This document shows positions 57,244-64,000 of a stretch of 64,000 bases of DNA, piece after piece. The stretch comes from an uncultured Gammaproteobacteria bacterium (GTDB taxonomy: Bacteria; Patescibacteriota; Microgenomatia; Woykebacterales; RBG-16-39-9b). The notes under the pieces were generated by a model that did not search any database, was not told the origin of the DNA, and saw nothing but the letters and a program-made list of their open reading frames with translations. How positions within the stretch are numbered: position 1 is the stretch's first letter; each line of letters opens with the position of its first letter. Both the position numbers and the translations under genes were made by a program. The stretch covers positions 448,137 to 512,136 of the forward strand of contig OZ246414.1 in assembly GCA_965231125.1 (NCBI GenBank), given 5' to 3'.

Positions 57244-58941
57244 ATGAAAAATGAATTTACAAACAAAAATATCGCAGATTTGCTAAGAAATGTCTCGGCT
57301 GTCTATCAGTTAGAAGAATCCAACCCTTTTCAAGTGAGGGCTTACGATTTAGCTGCGGATTCTATAGAGCACACCAGTAGCGAAATAAAAGAGGTTTGGG
57401 AGAAAGGTAATTTGGATCAAATTCCTCGGCTTGGTGAGCATATTCGGAAATATATTGGCGAATTGTTCAGAACAGGCAAGGTAAAACACTTTGATAAAGT
57501 TTTATCTTCCGTGCCGGAGAGTATGTTTGAGTTTCTTAAAGTTTCTGGAGTAGGGCCTAAAACAGCCTACAAACTTGCAGATGCAGGTGTTGTTAGTATT
57601 GAGGATCTTGAGCGCCGCATTAAAAGTGGCTGGCTCGCGAAAAAAGGGTTCAGTGAAAAAAATCTCCAAAACATTCTTGGCGGGGTAGAAGAGTTTAAAA
57701 GAAAATCCGATCGAATACTGCTTCCGGTTGCGGCTGAGGCTGCAAAAAAAATTATTGATTATTTAAAAAAAGATAAAAGTGCGGTCGCGGCAGATTCATT
57801 AGGAAGCTTAAGAAGAAAGGTTGCGACTGTCGGTGATATAGACATCTCAGTCGCCACACACGAACCCAAAGAAGTCATCGAACACTTTAAAAAATATCCA
57901 GGTACGAGCCGGGTTGTTGAGTCCGGGGATCGCACGGCCACTATATCTTTAAGGGACGGGACTCGGGTGGATTTAATGGTTCAACCACCGGAGCAATACG
58001 GATCACTTTTGCATCATTTTACCGGATCAAAAAACCATAATATTCACATGAGATCGATTGCGCGAGAAAAAGGCTACTCTATTTCCGAATACGGAATACA
58101 AAAAATAAAAACTGGTGAGAGTATCAAATGTGCCACTGAAGACGACGTTTATACTCTTTTTGATATGCAGACCCCGCCACCCGAGTTGAGGGAAGATACT
58201 GGTGAAGTAGAAGCTGCGCTAGCTCATAATTTACCGAAGTTAATTAAACTTTCGGGTATTAAAGGAGACATGCAGACTCATTCTGTATGGAGCGATGGAC
58301 AAAATACAATTGAGGAGATGGCTCTTGCTGCAAGTAGGTTGGGTAGAGAGTATATTGCGTTGACAGATCATTCTTACCCAAGTACAGATTTTAACAAGAG
58401 GTTAAAAGAGATAGAACAATTTAATTACTCCCAAAATAAAATTCGAGTAATTTCTGGACTCGAAGTTAATATAAATGTGGATGCAAGTTTGCAAGTTACT
58501 GATGACGTGCTTGCAAAACATGAAGTTGTTTTGGTTTCGATTCACACCAGCTTTCGCCAACCAAAAGAAGAGATGACCAGGAGGATTATTAAAGCTTTAG
58601 AAAATCCTTACGTGGATATATTTGCCCATCCGACCGGGCGTCTACTTCTTGAAAGAGAAGGGATAGATGCCGATTGGGAGAAGATATTTAAAACTGCAGT
58701 AAAGTTTAATAAATTTTTAGAGATTAATGCTTCTACTGACAGACTTGATCTACCTGATAACTTAATAAGAGAAGCAAAACGCTGTGGAGTTAGATTTTCC
58801 ATTGGTACGGACTCGCATCAAGTTGACCAGCTTTCTCTTATGGAGTACGGTGTGGCGAACGCCCGGCGGGGTTGGGTCGAGGCGAAAGATGTAATTAATA
58901 CCTTGTCATATAAAAAAATAAAGGATATACTGTATTTATGA
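57244..58941 (+). CDS. polX: DNA polymerase X with PHP domain
   Basis: [47 protein letters not shown]. Confidence 0.95.
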   Translation: MKNEFTNKNIADLLRNVSAVYQLEESNPFQVRAYDLAADSIEHTSSEIKEVWEKGNLDQIPRLGEHIRKYIGELFRTGKVKHFDKVLSSVPESMFEFLKVSGVGPKTAYKLADAGVVSIEDLERRIKSGWLAKKGFSEKNLQNILGGVEEFKRKSDRILLPVAAEAAKKIIDYLKKDKSAVAADSLGSLRRKVATVGDIDISVATHEPKEVIEHFKKYPGTSRVVESGDRTATISLRDGTRVDLMVQPPEQYGSLLHHFTGSKNHNIHMRSIAREKGYSISEYGIQKIKTGESIKCATEDDVYTLFDMQTPPPELREDTGEVEAALAHNLPKLIKLSGIKGDMQTHSVWSDGQNTIEEMALAASRLGREYIALTDHSYPSTDFNKRLKEIEQFNYSQNKIRVISGLEVNINVDASLQVTDDVLAKHEVVLVSIHTSFRQPKEEMTRRIIKALENPYVDIFAHPTGRLLLEREGIDADWEKIFKTAVKFNKFLEINASTDRLDLPDNLIREAKRCGVRFSIGTDSHQVDQLSLMEYGVANARRGWVEAKDVINTLSYKKIKDILYL

Positions 58942-59486
58942 TAATGTGGGTAGTTGTCGCAGTTATTGTAATTATAGTAACCTATATTTGGAGCGCCTAT
59001 AACAGTTTAGTTACTAGTCGAGTGAGGGTGAAAGAAAGTTGGAGTGGTATTGATGTCCAGCTCAAAAGAAGAAGCGATTTGATACCGAATCTAGTCGAGA
59101 CAGTGAAAGGTTATGAGAAACACGAGAAAGAGGTATTCGAAAAAGTTACCCAAGCGCGAAGTGCTCTTCTAAGTGCCGGAGACGCTAAAGAAGCCGCCGG
59201 TGCAAATAATATGCTTACGGGAGCATTAAAATCTCTATTTGCTGTGGCCGAGGCTTACCCAGAACTCAAAGCATCAGATAATTTTAGGGAGTTGCAGGAA
59301 GAATTATCCGATACAGAAACTAAAATTGCCGCCTCCCGTCAGTTTTATAACACTAATGTTTTAGATTACAATACAAAGATTCAAGTATTTCCGAGTGTTT
59401 TCATAGCAAACCTCTTAGGTTTTAAGCCAGAAGCTTTTTTTGAAGCTGAAGGTGAAGAAAAAGAGCCTGTCAAAGTAGATTTTTAA
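58938..59486 (+). CDS. lemA: LemA family protein
   Basis: [38 protein letters not shown]. Confidence 0.95.
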   Translation: MIMWVVVAVIVIIVTYIWSAYNSLVTSRVRVKESWSGIDVQLKRRSDLIPNLVETVKGYEKHEKEVFEKVTQARSALLSAGDAKEAAGANNMLTGALKSLFAVAEAYPELKASDNFRELQEELSDTETKIAASRQFYNTNVLDYNTKIQVFPSVFIANLLGFKPEAFFEAEGEEKEPVKVDF

Positions 59487-59487
59487 G

Positions 59488-60417
59488 ATGGTCTCAAATT
59501 TAGTTAAGATCTTTGCAGGTTCTGCTCATCCTGATTTATCCAAGCAAATAGCAAAAAATATCGGTAAACGCTTGAGTGAGTCTAAATCCGATCTTTTTCC
59601 CGATGGCGAATGGAGTGTTTGGATAAACGAACCGGTAAACAACGCTCAGGTTTTTGTTGTTCAATCCACTAGTCCGCCGGTAAATTCCAATTTAGTAGAA
59701 CTTTGCCTTATTGCCGATGCTCTTCGTCGTGAAGGAGCACGCCGAATTTGCGCAGTCATTCCCTATTTTGGTTATGCCCGTCAAGAGAGGCAATCTCGGA
59801 CAGGGGAGCCAATCAGTGCTAAAGTAGCGGCGGATATTTTGGTGGATTCTGGGATAACAAAAGTAATTACAGTAGATCTTCACGCCGAACCAATCGTCGG
59901 TTTTTTTAATGTCCCCGTAGTTCATCTTTCCGCTTTAAAACTTTTAGCCCAAAGAATAAAGAGATTGAGTTTGAAAGATCCAGTCGTAGTTTCACCAGAT
60001 GTTGGTGGGGTCCGCCGAGTCCGCAATTTTGCCTACCATTTAGGTTATCCAATTGCCGTAGTAGAAAAACGCCGCTTTTTTGAACAGAGGGACAAAACCG
60101 AAGCTATGACCATGGGTGGCGATGTTGTTGGAAAATCGGCTATAATTTTGGACGATCTTATCTCTACCGGTGGGACAATAGTTGAGAACGCGAAAATTTT
60201 AAAAGATGCTGGAGTTAAGAAAGTAATAGTTTGCGCCACTCACGCTGTTTTTACAGGTAATTATAAAGAAAAATTAGGGGATGATATTGTCGAAAAAGTT
60301 ATTGTTACGGATACGATTCCAGTTCCAGCCGAGAAAAGATTTAAAAAGTTAGAAGTAGTCTCCTGTGCCAATCTTTTGGCCGAATCCATAAAGCAAGATT
60401 ATATCTACAATAGATAA
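59488..60417 (+). CDS. prs: Ribose-phosphate pyrophosphokinase
   Basis: FPDGE, PYFGYARQ, DLHA, VSPDVGG, DDLISTGGT, ATHAVF. Confidence 0.96.
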   Translation: MVSNLVKIFAGSAHPDLSKQIAKNIGKRLSESKSDLFPDGEWSVWINEPVNNAQVFVVQSTSPPVNSNLVELCLIADALRREGARRICAVIPYFGYARQERQSRTGEPISAKVAADILVDSGITKVITVDLHAEPIVGFFNVPVVHLSALKLLAQRIKRLSLKDPVVVSPDVGGVRRVRNFAYHLGYPIAVVEKRRFFEQRDKTEAMTMGGDVVGKSAIILDDLISTGGTIVENAKILKDAGVKKVIVCATHAVFTGNYKEKLGDDIVEKVIVTDTIPVPAEKRFKKLEVVSCANLLAESIKQDYIYNR

Positions 60418-60566
60418 AAGGCTTGATGGTTCGTCATTGTTTAATTAAGTTGATCAAACCTAAAGGGTTATTTACTACTTGATTTGTCTCATAGTCAATT
60501 TGTATAATCTCTGAGAACCAAACAATTTAATAACCGCGGCTCGTCGGTAGTGTTGGAGGTGTGAAT

Positions 60567-61295
60567 ATGTCCGAAATAATCTCCCAAGATAGGAGTTTGA
60601 TCCCTGCGGCGGATCTTCTTTCAGTCAGAGAGCTTCCCGATCTTCTTGAGGCAGTCAAACCAGTCAAACTGGTCAGTGCGATTAAGACAGGGTTTACTCT
60701 GGCCTTCGACAACCTGCGGGAGGTAGTTCAGATAATCCGGGAATTTAACCCTCTCTGGAAAGTTATCTACGACCACCAGAAGGCAGGTTGCGACATTCCT
60801 CGGAACGGCGAAAAATTCGCCTACAAAATGACAGAGGCCGGCGTCGATGCGGCGATTATTTTTCCCTTGGCAGGAGTAGAAACCGAGATGGCTTGGATAA
60901 AGGCTCTCCAGGAAGTTAAAATTCCGGTTATCGTTGGTGGTGAGATGACACACGAGGGATTCTTTGTAAGTGAGGGTGGTTTCATCGCTGATAACGCTCC
61001 AGAACGTATGTTCAATGTCGCTGCTAGTATGGGGGTGCGGAACTTCTTCCTGCCAGGTAATAAGCCGGACAAGATTGAAGTATATCAACGCCTGCTCTCC
61101 CAATTCACGCATGGGGAAGACTTCAGCATCTATTCATGCGGGTTTGTGACACAAGGGGGCGACATCACTGAGACCGGTAAGGTTGTTAGAAGAAAATCCC
61201 ATTACGTACTTGGAGAGGCTGTTTACAAGGCGGGTGGGTTAGAAGCAATGCGAGCAGCAGCTGGGAAGGCAGCATCACAAATTCTAGCTGCTTAG
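60567..61295 (+). CDS. pyrF: Orotidine 5'-phosphate decarboxylase (divergent)
   Basis: LIPAAD, AIKTG, YDHQKAGCDIP, QGG; upstream of pyrE; SD GGAGGT. Confidence 0.75.
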   Translation: MSEIISQDRSLIPAADLLSVRELPDLLEAVKPVKLVSAIKTGFTLAFDNLREVVQIIREFNPLWKVIYDHQKAGCDIPRNGEKFAYKMTEAGVDAAIIFPLAGVETEMAWIKALQEVKIPVIVGGEMTHEGFFVSEGGFIADNAPERMFNVAASMGVRNFFLPGNKPDKIEVYQRLLSQFTHGEDFSIYSCGFVTQGGDITETGKVVRRKSHYVLGEAVYKAGGLEAMRAAAGKAASQILAA

Positions 61296-61308
61296 AAGGA
61301 GGTTTTGA

Positions 61309-61929
61309 ATGGTTGGTATCGAAGAAATCCAACTTCTCAAACGGGCAATCGAGCAGTATGCCATAGATAAACGGGGGGAGTTTGACCTCAGCTCGGGAAA
61401 TAAGACCAACTACTACTGTACACTACGCAACGTAACTCAGCGCCCTGATTATGCCGAGATAATCGGGGAACTCATGGCCCCAGCAGTTATCGCCTCAGGC
61501 GCTCAAGGTGTGGGCGGCATGGTTCTTGGTGCGGTGCCGATAGCACAGGCGATTGGGGCGGCGGCGAAGAAGGGAGGCTTTATCATCCCTGGTTTCTCCG
61601 TTCGCCCAGAACCTAAGGACCACGGATCTGAAGAACAAAGCGGAGTCTCGGCTTCAGTAGCAGCGGATGGTGGCATTCTGTTGAGGGAAGGACGAAGATT
61701 GGCGGTGGTTGAGGACACAATCACCACGGGCGGTTCCGCCTTGAAAGCCATAGAGGCGGTTGAGAGTTTGGGTTGTCGTGTCGTTCTTGTCCACGTAGTA
61801 GTAGAGAGACATGAAATGGGAGGCCACAGATTCCGAGAGCTGGGAGTCCCTTTCAAAAGACTGTTCTACACCGATGAGAGAGGCCAGCTCTATGTTGATC
61901 AGGAACTCTCTCAGATGGTCAATACGTGA
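61309..61929 (+). CDS. pyrE: Orotate phosphoribosyltransferase
   Basis: GEFDLSSG..TNYY, GAVP, R...KDHG, VVEDTITTGGS. Confidence 0.92.
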   Translation: MVGIEEIQLLKRAIEQYAIDKRGEFDLSSGNKTNYYCTLRNVTQRPDYAEIIGELMAPAVIASGAQGVGGMVLGAVPIAQAIGAAAKKGGFIIPGFSVRPEPKDHGSEEQSGVSASVAADGGILLREGRRLAVVEDTITTGGSALKAIEAVESLGCRVVLVHVVVERHEMGGHRFRELGVPFKRLFYTDERGQLYVDQELSQMVNT

Positions 61930-61943
61930 ACGGGAGAAGGGAA

Positions 61944-61987
61944 ATCGCGTGGTTGTGGTTTCGCGCAAGCGACTACGACCACGCGGT
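61944..61987. repeat. Long hairpin after pyrE (terminator or REP-like)
   Basis: ATCGCGTGGTTGTGGT...ACTACGACCACGCGGT. Confidence 0.6.
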
Positions 61988-62076
61988 ATCCACATATCAT
62001 CTTTATCAGCTTTTAGTTATTACATTAGCAGAAGAATACTCGTAAAGTTTATATAATTTTGTTAGAATAGCTTGTT

Positions 62077-63015
62077 ATGAGTGCAGTACCGACAGTTTAC
62101 AATCAAATTTCGGCAAATAGATTCAAAACACTATTAATAATGTTTCTTTTTTCAGCTTTTGTGGTTGGCGTCGTCTATATCTTTGCAAGAGCATTTGGTT
62201 ATCAAGGGCCCGGAATTTTAGGTTTTGTCGGGTTTGCTTTAATTTTTGTTGGAGTTTCCAATCTTGTGTCCTATTACTACTCTGATAAAATGGTTCTGGC
62301 TCTTTCGGGAGCTCAAAGAATAGAGAAAAAAGATTCTCCCGAAGTTTACCGTATTGTCGAGAACCTTTCAATTGCAAACGGTACCCCAATTCCAGCCATT
62401 TATATAATTGATGATTCCGCGCCAAATGCTTTTGCGACCGGCCGAGACCCGACCCACGCGGCTGTTGCTGTTACGAGTGGTCTTCTTAGTAAGTTGGAAA
62501 AACTTGAACTCGAAGGGGTTATCGCGCATGAGCTTTCCCACGTAAAAAACTACGACACTAGGCTCATGGCAGTAGTTTCTATTTTAGTTGGTACAATTGC
62601 ACTTCTAGCCGATTTTTTCTTAAGAATGACGTTTTGGGGAGTTCGGGGTCGCAGCCGAGATAACGAAGGGCAGGCAGGAGCAATTTTCCTGGTAATCGGC
62701 TTAATTTTAGCAATACTTTCCCCGATTATTGCCACGTTAATTCAACTTGCGGTTTCCCGAAGACGAGAGCTTCTAGCGGATGCCTCTGGGGCTTTACTGA
62801 CACGTTACCCAGAAGGGTTGGCCAAAGCGTTAATTAAAATATCAAACGACAAAGACCCTCTTGAAGTGGCTAATAAAGCGACAGCCCATTTATACATTGC
62901 CAATCCTTTTAAGGACGATCATGGTGCCGTCGGCTGGTTTTCAAATTTGTTTAATACTCACCCACCAATTGAAGAACGAGTTAAAGCCCTGAGGGAAATG
63001 GAAGGTTCTGTATAA
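62077..63015 (+). CDS. htpX: Zinc metalloprotease HtpX
   Basis: PNAFATGR, HELSH, SRRRELLAD, THPP. Confidence 0.95.
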   Translation: MSAVPTVYNQISANRFKTLLIMFLFSAFVVGVVYIFARAFGYQGPGILGFVGFALIFVGVSNLVSYYYSDKMVLALSGAQRIEKKDSPEVYRIVENLSIANGTPIPAIYIIDDSAPNAFATGRDPTHAAVAVTSGLLSKLEKLELEGVIAHELSHVKNYDTRLMAVVSILVGTIALLADFFLRMTFWGVRGRSRDNEGQAGAIFLVIGLILAILSPIIATLIQLAVSRRRELLADASGALLTRYPEGLAKALIKISNDKDPLEVANKATAHLYIANPFKDDHGAVGWFSNLFNTHPPIEERVKALREMEGSV

Positions 63016-63332
63016 TGCAAAAGGAAAAAGTAAAAAGTCAAAAAATAACAAAAGGAGATGTAGAACATGTAGCGAAGCTTGCGAATATTAATATTACCCA
63101 AAATGAGGAAGAAAAATACTCTAAAGAACTCTCAGAAGTAATAAATTACAACATGAGACATCTGGAAGGGATTAACACCGAGGCTGTTATTCCTACGGCC
63201 CACTCTACAGGTGAAACCTCAATTACGCGGCGAGACGAGACCGAGGAAGGTTTGAGTCAGGAAGAGGCTTTAATAAACGCGCCTAATACCCACAACGGTT
63301 TCTTTAAAGTGGATCATATATTTGGAGAATAA
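63015..63332 (+). CDS. gatC: Asp/Glu-tRNA amidotransferase subunit C
   Basis: [21 protein letters not shown]; upstream of gatA. Confidence 0.9.
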   Translation: MQKEKVKSQKITKGDVEHVAKLANINITQNEEEKYSKELSEVINYNMRHLEGINTEAVIPTAHSTGETSITRRDETEEGLSQEEALINAPNTHNGFFKVDHIFGE

Positions 63333-63334
63333 TA

Positions 63335-64000
63335 ATGGATTTGCCTTCGTTAACAATTAAAGAGGCCCGTGAAGCTCTCAAAAATAAAAAAATATCCTCT
63401 AAAGAACTAACAACTGCTATATTAAACAGAATTAGCAATATTGAACCCAAACTTGACTCTTACATTACTATAACTTCGGAACTAGCTTTAGAACAAGCCA
63501 AAAAAGCCGATGAAATAATATCGACCGGGCAAGAAGTGTCGCCCTTGATTGGAATCCCGGTAGCTATTAAGGATGTGTTTGTTACAAAAGGAATTCGGAC
63601 CACTTGCGCCTCTAAAGTTCTTGAGAATTTTATCCCCCCTTACGACTCCACAGTTTACGAAAAATTGCTAGATGCTAGGTGCGTCACGTTGGGTAAAACA
63701 AACATGGATGAGTTCGCTATGGGCGGCTCTACTGAAAATTCCGCGTTTAAGATAACAAAAAACCCGTGGAATGTAAAGAAGGTTCCGGGAGGATCGTCCG
63801 GTGGATCGGCTGCCGCCGTGGCAGCGGATATGTCGGTCTATTCAGTTGGTAGCGACACTGGGGGAAGTATTCGTCAACCAGCCGCGTTTTGCGGGATTGT
63901 TGGTTTGAAACCGACTTACGGAAGAATTAGTCGCTATGGTTTAGTGGCAATGGCTTCCTCTTTAGATCATCCCGGCCCAATAACGAAAACAGTTGAAGAT
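63335..64000 (+). CDS. gatA: Asp/Glu-tRNA amidotransferase subunit A (partial, runs off the window)
   Basis: Manual translation: [44 protein letters not shown]. Confidence 0.96.
   Translation, partial: MDLPSLTIKEAREALKNKKISSKELTTAILNRISNIEPKLDSYITITSELALEQAKKADEIISTGQEVSPLIGIPVAIKDVFVTKGIRTTCASKVLENFIPPYDSTVYEKLLDARCVTLGKTNMDEFAMGGSTENSAFKITKNPWNVKKVPGGSSGGSAAAVAADMSVYSVGSDTGGSIRQPAAFCGIVGLKPTYGRISRYGLVAMASSLDHPGPITKTVED

Overview
Bacterial chromosomal window with a compact, mostly housekeeping gene set. Gene content, scarce Shine-Dalgarno sites and the S/T-rich single-pass surface proteins suggest a Patescibacteria/CPR (Microgenomates-like) genome, but that is inference. In order: an ATP-citrate-lyase-type acyl-CoA synthetase pair, IMPase and an archaeal-type GlmU-like gene (minus strand); a large dcw cluster (mraZ to ftsZ) with murA, femAB-like, murI and a transglutaminase-like gene; a variable array between ftsZ and pyrG (two toxin-antitoxin-like pairs, surface proteins, REP-like hairpins); pyrG, an HspR-like regulator, a KGG-repeat gene, ileS (type 2), rodA, rplU, rpmA, parB, lepB, tRNA-Val; a de novo purine cluster (guaB purA purH purN purD purF purL purQ purM); wzx- and waaL-like genes, three tRNAs, polX, lemA, prs, pyrF, pyrE, htpX, gatC and partial gatA. 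Most notable: a five-member surface-protein family with DNA-level constant 5' and 3' blocks around unrelated middle domains (mosaic copies, one silent copy, a shared 24-bp palindrome); candidate attenuators before purL and pyrG; a 296-bp inverted purH copy replacing the purQ/purM junction (probably an assembly artefact); and 5' stubs left in front of pyrG and tRNA-Val. No CRISPR array, rRNA, transposase or integrase was seen.
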